Virus record (IMG/VR): IMGVR_UViG_3300028797_002495
Coordinates: 17,756 to 81,755 of that record
Length of the DNA stretch: 64,000 nucleotides
Reading direction: 5' to 3' (one strand)
DNA from: a virus
Taxonomy: Duplodnaviria; Caudoviricetes
Both the position numbers and the translations under genes were made by a program. The notes below the pieces were generated by a model that saw nothing but the letters and a program-made list of their open reading frames with translations, did not search any database and had not been told where the DNA came from. Shown here piece by piece: positions 1-10,214 of the stretch. Position 1 is the stretch's first letter. Every line of letters begins with the position of its first letter.

Positions 1-1
1 T

Positions 2-493
2 GTAAACGTTGAAGTAAATAGATTAGTTTTATTAGATTCTGATAATATACATAATACATTCTTGGTTGATAGTGCCGTAAGCACTCAGTCAGTTATGCCT
101 AATGAAGCGGTGAATACTATTCATAATAAATTCCCTTATATTGTTAGAAATACAAGAGCGAATTATGAAACTGTTGATGTTACATGTACATTTTTACCTG
201 ATGATATCACTTGTTTTAATAGCGACACTGAGATTAAGGCGGCGGCAAAATGGAACAGAGAACTTAAAGCGTGGATTATGAATGGTAAAACTAAGATACT
301 TAAAAGCCCCGAGGGAGATATGTGGCTTGGTTATATTACTACTCCTGTTTCAGATTCTCCTTATGATGATGGAGTTCAAGAATTAAGAAAACTGTCATTT
401 GGATTAACAGAAACTGGATTACCAAATATAACAAAAGATTTATATGAGGCAAGATTATTAGATGTTTCAGTAACAGATGAATGGGTAGTATAA
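2..493 (+). CDS. Tail-region structural protein, 5'-truncated by the window edge
   Basis: Frame is open from base 2 to the stop at 493; followed by RBS GGAGGTG and the tail gene cluster. Confidence 0.55.
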   Translation, partial: VNVEVNRLVLLDSDNIHNTFLVDSAVSTQSVMPNEAVNTIHNKFPYIVRNTRANYETVDVTCTFLPDDITCFNSDTEIKAAAKWNRELKAWIMNGKTKILKSPEGDMWLGYITTPVSDSPYDDGVQELRKLSFGLTETGLPNITKDLYEARLLDVSVTDEWVV

Positions 494-505
494 GGAGGTG
501 ATATT

Positions 506-2467
506 GTGGCGACATATAATATTACCGGAGAAGATCATAGACTTATTGCTCAAAAAATTATTGAAACAATTATAAAAATAGACATTTATGATGATTACGA
601 TCATTTTTTAGATAGCGTTTTATGTGGAGTAATTTCTTGTACAATGTCGATTAATTCCGAATCAGACGTAAGAAGAACAGCCTCGTTAGAATTGATACCT
701 TTAAAAAAATCAAATACTATTATCTCTGAAGATGGATTAATATGGATAAATAGAAATATTAAATTATCTATTGGAATAAAAGATTTGTATACAAATGAAT
801 ATAGATATTACAAGATGGGGACATACATTATTATGTCTCCATCTTCTTCTTATAATGAAACAACAAATGTTTTATCATTGTCGCTTTCAGATTGGACTGC
901 TAAATTAGATGGTTCAAGAAACGGAACTCTTGGTCAATTAAAAATAGTATATCCAGCTTATAATGATTATTTTAATACTAATTGGGTTGAGATAGCCAGA
1001 AATGAAGGAGTAGATGTTACAAACCCTACTGCTCTTATAAATTGGGCGAAAAATAATCCAAACGATGAATATCATAATAAACTTACAGAATCGAATGATC
1101 CCAATGTTATTAATGCGGTTTTTCAATTAATGACAAATACAAATTTAACAGAGGCACAACAGGATCAATATATGTCTATTATTAATCAAATTTATCCCGA
1201 TGCTATTCTTGATGAATTTAGAACTATTGTTTCTGATGAACCGATAGTTATTACGTCTATTAGAGAATATAGTATAATTCGTGACGCTATGATGACATGT
1301 GTTGGGCAGCTTGCATTTATTAAAGATAGAGACATAGACGAGCTTGGAGAATCAAAAGGTATGCCATACCATTTTCCTAATTGGGACTGGATGGGTTATA
1401 GAAAAGAAAATTATTTTTGGAATAAGATCCCTTATGATCTTGAATTTGATAAGGGTTGTACTGTGTGGCAAATTGTAACTACAATGCGTGATTTATATGA
1501 AAAATATCAATGTTATTTTGATATTAATAATACGTTTTGTTGCGAACTAGCTCCTAGAGGATATGATGAAATTGTAACTTTTGATAATGAATTTTTACAA
1601 TCAATATTAATTTCAGAAAATACTTCTATAGATTTTAATGAAGTTAAAAACGTTACAGAAGTTTGGGGAGCAATATTTGAAACTGATTGGTTTGCTTTTG
1701 ACGGAGTATCTTATAGTGGATCTATTTATTCTGTAAATATTAATGGATATACGGACGAAACTCATACCTCGTATTATAACGGAGATATGATTGCAATTAA
1801 AATTCCACAAAATAATTCTGGTCAATGTTATTTAAATGTTAATTCATTGGGAGCAATTCCTATTTATGATGAAAATTATGAAGTTCCTATTAATGGAAGC
1901 TCAGATACTATGAATTTAACTGCCGGAGAAACATATGTGTTTAAAATAGTTAAAAGGCGTGAGAATAAACAAGATATTATTCGTGCATATCTGTTGGGAC
2001 AATATCAATCTCATGCTATGTGTGTTTTAACAGATGGTACTGTTGGTGAAACATATACAACTACAGGAGGTGTGGCGGTTGCAAAATATTCTAAAGAATA
2101 TTTTAAGAAGGTATATAACGTTGATAATGTTTATATGGATGTGGTGCCTGATAGTCCTTTTACTATTCAGAAACTTGGAGTTCTTTTAAAAGTTTATGAT
2201 GACGAAACAAACATACAGTCTTGCGCTACAGCTTTAGAAACGGCGAGACAAGAAAATTATAGGTCAAGTAGGTTAACGGATAATATTTCTTTAACTACCA
2301 AATTAGTTCCTTATGCTGATGTAAATCAAAAAGTTTCATATCAGCGTAGCGATATGAATTCTCCACAAGAATACTTAGTAACATCTATATCTCATGATAT
2401 AGCTGGTGGAACCACTAATTGGACTTTGATAAAATATTATCCTTTATATATTGATACGGAGGATTAA
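506..2467 (+). CDS. Minor tail / baseplate hub-like protein (653 aa)
   Basis: GTG start with RBS GGAGGTG; N-terminal SESDVRRTASLEL and C-terminal YLVTSISHDIAGGTTNWTL are typical of siphophage Tal/hub proteins; position in tail cluster. Confidence 0.6.
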   Translation: MATYNITGEDHRLIAQKIIETIIKIDIYDDYDHFLDSVLCGVISCTMSINSESDVRRTASLELIPLKKSNTIISEDGLIWINRNIKLSIGIKDLYTNEYRYYKMGTYIIMSPSSSYNETTNVLSLSLSDWTAKLDGSRNGTLGQLKIVYPAYNDYFNTNWVEIARNEGVDVTNPTALINWAKNNPNDEYHNKLTESNDPNVINAVFQLMTNTNLTEAQQDQYMSIINQIYPDAILDEFRTIVSDEPIVITSIREYSIIRDAMMTCVGQLAFIKDRDIDELGESKGMPYHFPNWDWMGYRKENYFWNKIPYDLEFDKGCTVWQIVTTMRDLYEKYQCYFDINNTFCCELAPRGYDEIVTFDNEFLQSILISENTSIDFNEVKNVTEVWGAIFETDWFAFDGVSYSGSIYSVNINGYTDETHTSYYNGDMIAIKIPQNNSGQCYLNVNSLGAIPIYDENYEVPINGSSDTMNLTAGETYVFKIVKRRENKQDIIRAYLLGQYQSHAMCVLTDGTVGETYTTTGGVAVAKYSKEYFKKVYNVDNVYMDVVPDSPFTIQKLGVLLKVYDDETNIQSCATALETARQENYRSSRLTDNISLTTKLVPYADVNQKVSYQRSDMNSPQEYLVTSISHDIAGGTTNWTLIKYYPLYIDTED

Positions 2468-2472
2468 ATAAT

Positions 2473-3219
2473 ATGGCTGATAATATTGTTACTGGAAGAA
2501 AGTACAGAATTAAAGCTGCCGAAAATATTTGGGATTTAATTAGTTTTTGGACTAAATCTATAGACGTAGAAATGGATGACGGAACAACTTTACAAGATAG
2601 TTTTTCTGGTTTAAAAACTTCAAGTGATGCACAAGGCGTTATTTTAGAACAACTTGCGGACGATAACGCCGCTGTCGTAGACGGTGCTCCGGGATACAGT
2701 GATACAAAAAAATATGAAAAAGGAGACATTGTAACTTACAATGGATCACAATATTATTGTAAAACAGATATTACAAATCCTGAATCATGGAATAGTTCTC
2801 ATTGGGAATTAATAACTGGATCTTTACCATTTAAATTTGGTATAGACGCAGAGGGTAATTATGGTTATATAAAGGCAGGTGCAGATTCAGTTACCCCTTT
2901 TAGCAATTCTAAATCATTTTATATGGGAAGTGTTAATGGTAGTGGAACCTTTTATTTAAGAGATTATGGAATTAAAGAAAGTAAATGGTCAGATTTAACC
3001 GTCAATAATTTTATAGTTGGAGCTGGTTCTGCTTCTGTTAATTCTGGATGGTATTATACTGAAGGATTCGAAGGTGTTGGAGCGGGTCTTGGTGTTAGTA
3101 AATCATTTGATGCTCATGCTGGAACATTAAGTGTAAGTTCTACGCTAAGTATTTCAAGAGGAAGCGACACTAACCGTACATATCCAACCGTATATGTAAC
3201 TTTTGTGGATAATGAATAA
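2473..3219 (+). CDS. Tail-associated protein with a CBM5/12-like carbohydrate-binding motif
   Basis: YSDTKKYEKGDIVTYNGSQYYC...WNSSHW resembles the chitin-binding-type module. Confidence 0.5.
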   Translation: MADNIVTGRKYRIKAAENIWDLISFWTKSIDVEMDDGTTLQDSFSGLKTSSDAQGVILEQLADDNAAVVDGAPGYSDTKKYEKGDIVTYNGSQYYCKTDITNPESWNSSHWELITGSLPFKFGIDAEGNYGYIKAGADSVTPFSNSKSFYMGSVNGSGTFYLRDYGIKESKWSDLTVNNFIVGAGSASVNSGWYYTEGFEGVGAGLGVSKSFDAHAGTLSVSSTLSISRGSDTNRTYPTVYVTFVDNE

Positions 3220-3243
3220 ATTATGTAATAAAAGGAGAAAATC

Positions 3244-3573
3244 ATGAGTGAAATAAATTATACGCATGAATATGGTTCTCAACTTCCTAATACTCCCATG
3301 TCTTTACATCATTTTTTAGATGCCACAGATGCAATTTCTTCATTAATAAATGAGGTAAAAGAATTACAAGCTCAGGGATTATATGCTGAAGCTGCTAATG
3401 TGATTACAGCTAACAATTTAAAAAGATATATGTTGACTAGCGAATATATTAATTTAATAGACGAAGAAACTCGTAATTTAGAAATTATGTGTAAAACAAA
3501 TCAACAGAGTATATATTATATGAATAACGAACCGGCTTTTGCATTAATTTCTGATGTGTGGATTGGAGAATAA
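3244..3573 (+). CDS. Hypothetical tail-region protein
   Basis: ORF with RBS AAGGAG; weakly similar in layout to the next ORF. Confidence 0.6.
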   Translation: MSEINYTHEYGSQLPNTPMSLHHFLDATDAISSLINEVKELQAQGLYAEAANVITANNLKRYMLTSEYINLIDEETRNLEIMCKTNQQSIYYMNNEPAFALISDVWIGE

Positions 3574-3953
3574 TCATGAGAAGTTCAGATACTGTTTTTG
3601 TATCTCCTGATTATGATATTGATAGTAGATTATATTTTTCTGATATAAGTATTAACAAAGAACCCATTATGAATGAGTATCAAAGACTATTAAGTCTGGG
3701 ACAATATGATGATGCACTTAATCTTATTCAAGATGAAGATTTTTATGGGGCTTGGTTATTAAATTTATTAGAGAATAGGGTGCATAATTTATATATATAT
3801 ATAAATGAATTAATTAAACCCACGTTAGGTATTTATCAGGACGAAGAGCCAGTTGGTGTAAATAATGGAATGGTATGGATAGAAAAGGCTACACATGAAG
3901 ACATTTATCCGTCTTCTAATACATATCCATCATATATCTTATTTCCCACATAA
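3558..3953 (+). CDS. Hypothetical tail-region protein (likely start ATG 3576)
   Basis: ORF track; GGAG RBS upstream of 3576. Confidence 0.55.
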   Translation: MDWRIIMRSSDTVFVSPDYDIDSRLYFSDISINKEPIMNEYQRLLSLGQYDDALNLIQDEDFYGAWLLNLLENRVHNLYIYINELIKPTLGIYQDEEPVGVNNGMVWIEKATHEDIYPSSNTYPSYILFPT

Positions 3954-3965
3954 TAGGAGAAATAT

Positions 3966-4058
3966 ATGGCAATAATTCTAATATCAGGAGTATTGTCTTT
4001 AGGAATAATTAGCGCAGCCTGTGCTATTGCAAAGGCGGGTGAATACATGAATGATTAG
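3966..4058 (+). CDS. 30-aa single-TM peptide (MAIILISGVLSLGIISAACAIAKAGEYMND), not in ORF track
   Basis: RBS AGGAG upstream, hydrophobic stretch, stop overlaps the start of the 4051 ORF. Confidence 0.5.
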   Translation: MAIILISGVLSLGIISAACAIAKAGEYMND

Positions 4059-4485
4059 ATTTATTAAAAAATTCATTGAAATACGTAAGCGTCGTAAGGC
4101 GAAACCTATGGGGACTACAATTATTGTAGAAAAAGATACTAACCCATTAGATGTAGATCTTGTAGACGACAATTTAAATACTAAAGACAAAAAGAAATTA
4201 AGACAATATACAAAATGTCTTGTAACAGCTCTTACCATTATGGCGTGTATATGGATAACTATTAGTTATATCTACGCTGGTATAGGGCTGTTTTTATATG
4301 GTAATCCAGAGGTGTTAATTGAACTCTCTAAACAAGTATGTGTGACTATACTAGGAGTTACTATCTCCTATTGTATAAAAGCTTACATGGAAAGTTATAG
4401 TGAGGCAAAACATCTTGAGGATATGGCAAAAATAGAACAGCCATTGATTCCTACTAGTGAGGAAGACGATGACGCTGTCGGATAA
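4051..4485 (+). CDS. Two-TM membrane protein, holin-like
   Basis: Two hydrophobic helices (CLVTALTIMACIWITISYIYAGIGLF; VCVTILGVTISYCI) and an acidic C-terminus. Confidence 0.5.
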   Translation: MIRFIKKFIEIRKRRKAKPMGTTIIVEKDTNPLDVDLVDDNLNTKDKKKLRQYTKCLVTALTIMACIWITISYIYAGIGLFLYGNPEVLIELSKQVCVTILGVTISYCIKAYMESYSEAKHLEDMAKIEQPLIPTSEEDDDAVG

Positions 4486-4497
4486 TGAAATGAGGAT

Positions 4498-4857
4498 TTG
4501 ATTATGATAAACACAATTATATCACTTTGGTATGTATGGGTAACTGTTTTAGCAATAGGTCTTGTTTGTGGATATAACGTAAAGACATTCTTAGAGAAGC
4601 CTCATGGTGCTCAGATACAAGTAATCAAAGACTGGGCGGTTGGTGCTTTAGTTGAAGCAATTGCTGCTTGGGGTGCGGATGCTGATGCAGATGTTGTATT
4701 ACGTGAAGCTTATTCCGCTTTTATAAAAATGTTTCCTGTATTTGCAAAATATGTGTCATATGAGCAATTTAAAGGATGGACTGTTAAATCATTAGAAAAA
4801 GCAAAAGAGATTATAGAGAACGAGCCTGTTGTTAAGGCTTATGTTAACGGAGAATAA
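4498..4857 (+). CDS. N-terminal TM protein, holin-like
   Basis: Hydrophobic N-terminus then amphipathic helices (REAYSAFIKMFPVFAKYVSYEQF), similar to LL-H-type holins. Confidence 0.45.
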   Translation: MIMINTIISLWYVWVTVLAIGLVCGYNVKTFLEKPHGAQIQVIKDWAVGALVEAIAAWGADADADVVLREAYSAFIKMFPVFAKYVSYEQFKGWTVKSLEKAKEIIENEPVVKAYVNGE

Positions 4858-4859
4858 AC

Positions 4860-5456
4860 ATGACAATTTGGATGAATTACGACAAGTCGTTAATTATTAC
4901 CAAATATAATATCATTAGACAAGATGATAGTGATGTTCCGCAGATTATGTATTTTCTTTTTCCAACAGAATATAATGGCACGGATTTGACTGGTTTTACA
5001 GCAAATCTTTTTTATCAGATTCCTAATGGAGATGTGTTTAACGTGCCATTGGTTTGCGACGAAGAATTATATAAGAATCATATAAGATTTACTATGCCGT
5101 CTGCTCAAGACTTTACTAAATTTGGTGGTCAAGTTGCTATGAAAATAATTTTAAATAAAGTAATTGATGAAACTATTTTCACTCTTACTACTGGCGAAGT
5201 ATTTGTAGACATATTAGGAAATCCTGATTATTACATCGATCCTACTCCGGGAACAATCGATCATATTGAAGAAGAAATAGCCGCTATTAATGCAAAACTT
5301 AGCACTATGGCAGATGATATTTCTCTTAATTCTATTACTAATGAGTTATATCTTACAAATGCTGGATTGCCCGTTGGAACTCCTATTACTATGGAAGACC
5401 TTGGTGATGCACTTGTTAATGCGAATGATGAAGGTTTGAATAGAGTTATTTTATAA
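4860..5456 (+). CDS. BppU-like baseplate upper protein
   Basis: Beta-rich N-terminal domain (IRQDD...YFLFPTEYNGTDLTGF...FTKFGGQV) typical of BppU N-termini. Confidence 0.5.
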   Translation: MTIWMNYDKSLIITKYNIIRQDDSDVPQIMYFLFPTEYNGTDLTGFTANLFYQIPNGDVFNVPLVCDEELYKNHIRFTMPSAQDFTKFGGQVAMKIILNKVIDETIFTLTTGEVFVDILGNPDYYIDPTPGTIDHIEEEIAAINAKLSTMADDISLNSITNELYLTNAGLPVGTPITMEDLGDALVNANDEGLNRVIL

Positions 5457-5467
5457 GGAGGATATGT

Positions 5468-5779
5468 ATGGCTAGAGAAGACAGAGTTAAATTTGCATAT
5501 CTAACTTATGATGATATGATGGATAAACTTCAAGAGGGAGAGTTAAATCAATATGACAGAATTATTGTTACAGATAGAAATCATTCAGAGTATGTAATAT
5601 CTCCTTTATTAGAAGCTGTTCCGATGACGGCTTTAGAAGACGATCCTACTGTTCCTGATTGGGCAAAAAGTTTAACTAAACCAGCCTATACTGCCGACGA
5701 AGTTGGTGCGGTAGATGCTGATAATGAATTAAGTTTTGCGGCAATAGATGCAATGTTTAGTGCTGTATTTGGAGGATAA
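5468..5779 (+). CDS. Hypothetical structural protein
   Basis: ORF with RBS AAGGAGG; DPTVPDWAK...YTADEVGAV motif seen in fibre proteins; ends IDAMFSAVFG, like the next ORF (IDSMFNTVFG). Confidence 0.55.
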   Translation: MAREDRVKFAYLTYDDMMDKLQEGELNQYDRIIVTDRNHSEYVISPLLEAVPMTALEDDPTVPDWAKSLTKPAYTADEVGAVDADNELSFAAIDAMFSAVFGG

Positions 5780-5782
5780 AAA

Positions 5783-6436
5783 ATGTCTAATATATATTAT
5801 GTTGGTAATACAGATACCTTATATATTTTAAATAAATTAAAGGCAGTATTAGATGGAACTAATGGGTTTACTCCCGGTTATGTACAAAAAGTACCTGGCA
5901 AGCAACTTTCAACGGAAGATTTCACAACTGCTCTTTTGACAAAATTAAATGGTATTTCAGATAGTGCTGATGCTGTTTCGTGGAATCAGATATCACAAAC
6001 TGGAACGAAAGTTGCTGAAATTACAATTAATGGAACTACTACAGATATTTATGTTCCTGCCTCATCAACCATTACAATGGATACTGAAATGAGCGATAGT
6101 TCTGAAAATGCAGTTCAGAATAAAGTAATTAAAGAATATGTTGATGCGGCTGTTGGTTCTGTTGTAGAAATAGAATTCAGAGTTGTACAAACTCTTCCTG
6201 CCGAAGGAGAAAACGGTGTTATTTATCTTGTCCCTAATGGTGGTTCTGGTACAAACGTTAAGGATGAATATGTATGGATTCCTGGAACTGGTGGAGCGTC
6301 AGGCTCTTGGGAAAAAATTGGAAGTACAGACGTAGATTTGTCTGGTTATGTTCAGACATCAGATTTAGTTGAAGTCTCAACTTCTGATATTGATAGTATG
6401 TTTAATACGGTCTTTGGACCAGTAGTTAGTTTATAA
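5783..6436 (+). CDS. Fibre/decoration-like structural protein
   Basis: KVPGKQLSTEDFTT and VVQTLPAEGENGVIYLV...EYVW...WEKIGSTDVDLSGY motifs common in phage fibre proteins. Confidence 0.55.
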   Translation: MSNIYYVGNTDTLYILNKLKAVLDGTNGFTPGYVQKVPGKQLSTEDFTTALLTKLNGISDSADAVSWNQISQTGTKVAEITINGTTTDIYVPASSTITMDTEMSDSSENAVQNKVIKEYVDAAVGSVVEIEFRVVQTLPAEGENGVIYLVPNGGSGTNVKDEYVWIPGTGGASGSWEKIGSTDVDLSGYVQTSDLVEVSTSDIDSMFNTVFGPVVSL

Positions 6437-6463
6437 ATTTATATTATTTTAGGAGGATAAATC

Positions 6464-8920
6464 ATGAGTTTTGATTATTTTTCTAAACGCAGGATGCAAT
6501 ATATCCTCGAAAAATTAAAAACTATTTTTGATACAAAGGCAGATGTTTCAGATTTGCCAACGGTTAATGATGGCGTATTAACTATTCAAAAAAATGGTAC
6601 TACGGTACAAACTTTTAATGCTAATTCAAGTAGTAATGTGAACGCAAATATATCTGTACCAGATATCTTAGTTGGAACTTCAGATCCTTCAAATAATCTT
6701 GGTAAAGATTCTGATATATATGTAAAAGTATCAATAGCGGATTTTGGAAAAAGCTTCACAATACGTACAACTTCAACTGGCATGGAAAGTGCTAGTATTG
6801 CCGTTGATACTGTAATAGAAGGAGTTGTAACAAAAACAGATAGTATTCATTATAGAAGTCCTTATAAAACTTATTCAGATTTTTCTACTTCTTATGGTGG
6901 TGGACAATGGAGTGTTACCATTACTTCTAATAATGTTTCTAATCGCACACAAGGACAAGTTATATCATGGAGCTATACAACGTCTACTAATTTTACTTTA
7001 ACAATAAACGCTCCTGTTGTTTATGCTACATTTGTAAAAAGTAGGGGGATATGGATAAAAACAACAGACGTTCCCATTAGTACTTTTGCTGATTTAACAG
7101 ATACGGCATTTAATAATTTACAAAATGGTCAAGTTGCAATATACAACAATACAACAGGTAAGTGGGAAAATCAGAATCTTCCTAGCAGTACTGATATATT
7201 TACAATTACACTAACAGTAAGCGAAGACCCTCAAACGGGTGAAGTTACTTTTACTCCAGACAAATTGCCGTCTGAAGTTATTGCTGCAAAGAATAATGGG
7301 AACATTATACGACTAGTTACAACAGATACGGCAGATTATTATTTTGATTTAAGTGCTGATTATGTTGGTGTAGAAGATACCGAATTTATATTTACTTGTA
7401 TTCATTATACTAGTTCAGATTATCGAATGTTATCTTCTGGGTTTATATTTATAAAAGATGAAAATTCAGATACGTGGGCAAGTATTGAGGCGGTTAGCTC
7501 GGAGGCTAGTGAGTCTTTAATTATTGAAATGGAAGAAAATAGCGGAGCATATAGTTGTGATGTGAGTTTTAGCACACTTGATGAAGCCTATTGGCATTCC
7601 GTTGACATGGTTATAGATTTTAATAAAGAAATCTTTAGACTTGCAAAATATGATAGTTCAGAGGATACATTCTACTTTTCTAACACTATAGCAGATTCTA
7701 ATGGAATTACGACTAAAACGTTTGTCATGGTTGGTGATGAGAGTGAAAACGAGTGGACAAGTATCTCTTTAGTAGAGTCTAGTGGTGGCGACCCTAATGC
7801 TATTAAGTGGTCCGAAGCCAAGACAAGTGTAAAGAAAAATTATTCATTACCAATAAACAACTGTACTGTAAACGGTGTAACATTTACAACAGACACTAAA
7901 GGTGTAATAAATGCTAATGGTACTGCATCATCATCTGGTGGAAGATTAAATGCGGTTAGCAATTCGTTTATGTTGCCTGCGGGGGAATATTTATTAAGTT
8001 CAGAAATTAGTGATTCTAATATAACAGATTCACTATTAACTGCTGTAATAATGAGGGCAAGTGATAATTCCGTTATACGTAATGCTGTCGATAAAAGAAT
8101 TCCGTTTATATTATCTGAAGATACTTTGTGTTTTATGGGAATAAATGTTACCCAAAATACTGTGTATACAAATGTAAAGATTAAATATATGATACGTTTA
8201 TCATCAGTTGCTGATGATACATACGTACCGTATATACCCGATAACACAGAATTAATGGATTGGAAGAGCAACAGTGTTCTTGGGGCAAAGAATCTAATCA
8301 ATTCTGGTTTTGATTCATGGACATTTAATGCTAATGAAGATTTTAGTAAAATCGTAGGTTCTTTATATCTTAATGTTGGAGATAAAATAACGTTCTCTGC
8401 AAATCAGAATAATGCATTGACTAGTAATACGAGGAATCTTTTGCGAATTTTAAAACCTAATAATGAATACGCATATGAACCAGATTCTGTTACTACCAAT
8501 TATCATTTAGCAGCTGGACTTCATAAAATGGAATTTACTGCGACTGTTGCAGGTACACATAGTTTTGTTATTTGGGTTCATACACCAAATGTAAATGTTA
8601 CATACAGTCAATTTATGGTTCGTCTAGCATCAGATACAGATGATACTTATCAGCTTTTTGCAATGACTAATCGTCAGCTTACGGCAAAAGTAGAAGACCT
8701 AGACTACCACCTTGACCAAACAGCGACCACATCTACGACAGACCCCACAACGTATACATTTACAGATGCAAGAATAACATCTAATAGTGTAATAGATGTA
8801 TATGCAGATATTTTCGGAGTATCACCTTCATCGGTAGCGGCTTCAGCAGGAACATGTACAGTAACATTCCCTAAACAGGACTCAGCTCAGTCTATGACCT
8901 GTAGGATTTATATTAAATAA
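6464..8920 (+). CDS. Large mosaic tail fibre / receptor-binding protein (818 aa)
   Basis: Multi-domain, beta-rich, with FADLTDT..NLQNGQVAIYN and WSEAKTSVKKN modules; the C-terminal domain is paralogous to 11320..11718. Confidence 0.6.
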   Translation: MSFDYFSKRRMQYILEKLKTIFDTKADVSDLPTVNDGVLTIQKNGTTVQTFNANSSSNVNANISVPDILVGTSDPSNNLGKDSDIYVKVSIADFGKSFTIRTTSTGMESASIAVDTVIEGVVTKTDSIHYRSPYKTYSDFSTSYGGGQWSVTITSNNVSNRTQGQVISWSYTTSTNFTLTINAPVVYATFVKSRGIWIKTTDVPISTFADLTDTAFNNLQNGQVAIYNNTTGKWENQNLPSSTDIFTITLTVSEDPQTGEVTFTPDKLPSEVIAAKNNGNIIRLVTTDTADYYFDLSADYVGVEDTEFIFTCIHYTSSDYRMLSSGFIFIKDENSDTWASIEAVSSEASESLIIEMEENSGAYSCDVSFSTLDEAYWHSVDMVIDFNKEIFRLAKYDSSEDTFYFSNTIADSNGITTKTFVMVGDESENEWTSISLVESSGGDPNAIKWSEAKTSVKKNYSLPINNCTVNGVTFTTDTKGVINANGTASSSGGRLNAVSNSFMLPAGEYLLSSEISDSNITDSLLTAVIMRASDNSVIRNAVDKRIPFILSEDTLCFMGINVTQNTVYTNVKIKYMIRLSSVADDTYVPYIPDNTELMDWKSNSVLGAKNLINSGFDSWTFNANEDFSKIVGSLYLNVGDKITFSANQNNALTSNTRNLLRILKPNNEYAYEPDSVTTNYHLAAGLHKMEFTATVAGTHSFVIWVHTPNVNVTYSQFMVRLASDTDDTYQLFAMTNRQLTAKVEDLDYHLDQTATTSTTDPTTYTFTDARITSNSVIDVYADIFGVSPSSVAASAGTCTVTFPKQDSAQSMTCRIYIK

Positions 8921-8931
8921 GGAGGCTTAAT

Positions 8932-9228
8932 ATGTATTATTATGTAGTTATACAGGACTTAGAGGATGGTACTTCTCCTATGTCCGTTACAACCAGACCC
9001 ACATATGATGAGGCTGACGCACAGCTTCACTATGATATGTGGTATGCGAAGAGTAACACAGAAACATTCAAATCTATCAAGTGTCTTATCCTGAACGAGC
9101 AGGCTAACACGGTAAAGATGGATAAATGGAATAAACCTCTTCCTCCTCCGGAGATCATAGAGGAGCCCGTTGAGGATGAAACAGAAGAACCGGTAGAAGA
9201 GATCGAAGAGAACGTAGAGGAGGGATAG
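8932..9228 (+). CDS. Small acidic-tailed protein, possible fibre chaperone
   Basis: RBS AAGGAGG; Glu-rich C-terminus; locally higher GC than neighbours. Confidence 0.55.
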   Translation: MYYYVVIQDLEDGTSPMSVTTRPTYDEADAQLHYDMWYAKSNTETFKSIKCLILNEQANTVKMDKWNKPLPPPEIIEEPVEDETEEPVEEIEENVEEG

Positions 9229-9231
9229 CCT

Positions 9232-10203
9232 ATGCCTTTCTATAGATGTATGCCTCCAGCAAGCTCCGGTGGTGGAGGAGGCGGTGGTGATGGCTGTGAA
9301 CATATAACGTATACTTATAATGGTCAAGAACATGAGGTCTATTTTTCACCATCAGACACGCTTACAAACCTTACAGATAATCAATTTGGAAACAACTATA
9401 CATTTAATAGTCCAATTACTATTGGAGATCATATATTAAGTGCAGCAGGATTGTTTAAATTATGTAGAAATTTTAATTCAACAATTGATTTATCTAATGC
9501 TGTGAATCTTATAAGTGTTTATTCAATGCTATATCACTGCAGTAATTACAACTTGCCTATTATCTTTCCTTATGGATCTATAAATAATTATAGCTCTATG
9601 CTTAGTAATGCATATAATTATGATCGGGCTATCAATTTTTTAATCGGGCTTAATAGTTCAACTTATACTTCAATAAATCAGGCTTTAGAAAATTGTTTTA
9701 ATTTTAATTCTAAAATAACATTTACAATGTTTAATAATTTAACAAATACACATTATACAGGAATGTTAAGAAATGCACATTCTTTTAATCAGCCATTAAT
9801 TTTAAAACAGGCTTTTACTTGTGATAGCATTTTAAGAGATGCCACTAGTATGAGTTGTCCAATAATAATTGATTTAATTTATCGACAAATTAATATAGGG
9901 TCTAATATATTAAATAATTCCTTAGTAAATACTGTGATTATATTAAATTACAACAATCATCAATGCTCTTGGTTTGGGTCTGTTGATGATATGAAATATT
10001 ATGTAAGTGATCCAGATATATTTATAAACAAGTGTTCTAGACTTCATAAAAATATAAATAAATTAAATTTTGAAGAAACTACAAATGGATATAGGAGCAT
10101 CGATGAAGGAATTAATGTATATGTTTTGAATAATGTTGGAGATGCTTGTAATGAATTCAATAATGTTTGGTATAACTACTATAATGAATACCCGATTTAT
10201 TAG
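9232..10203 (+). CDS. Asn-rich repeat protein, MPFYR paralog 1 (DUF285/BspA-like LRR)
   Basis: Repeated FNSxI/FNQP motifs, N-terminal MPFYRC plus Gly linker, conserved C-terminus NEYPxY. Confidence 0.6.
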   Translation: MPFYRCMPPASSGGGGGGGDGCEHITYTYNGQEHEVYFSPSDTLTNLTDNQFGNNYTFNSPITIGDHILSAAGLFKLCRNFNSTIDLSNAVNLISVYSMLYHCSNYNLPIIFPYGSINNYSSMLSNAYNYDRAINFLIGLNSSTYTSINQALENCFNFNSKITFTMFNNLTNTHYTGMLRNAHSFNQPLILKQAFTCDSILRDATSMSCPIIIDLIYRQINIGSNILNNSLVNTVIILNYNNHQCSWFGSVDDMKYYVSDPDIFINKCSRLHKNINKLNFEETTNGYRSIDEGINVYVLNNVGDACNEFNNVWYNYYNEYPIY

Positions 10204-10214
10204 GAGAAATTATT

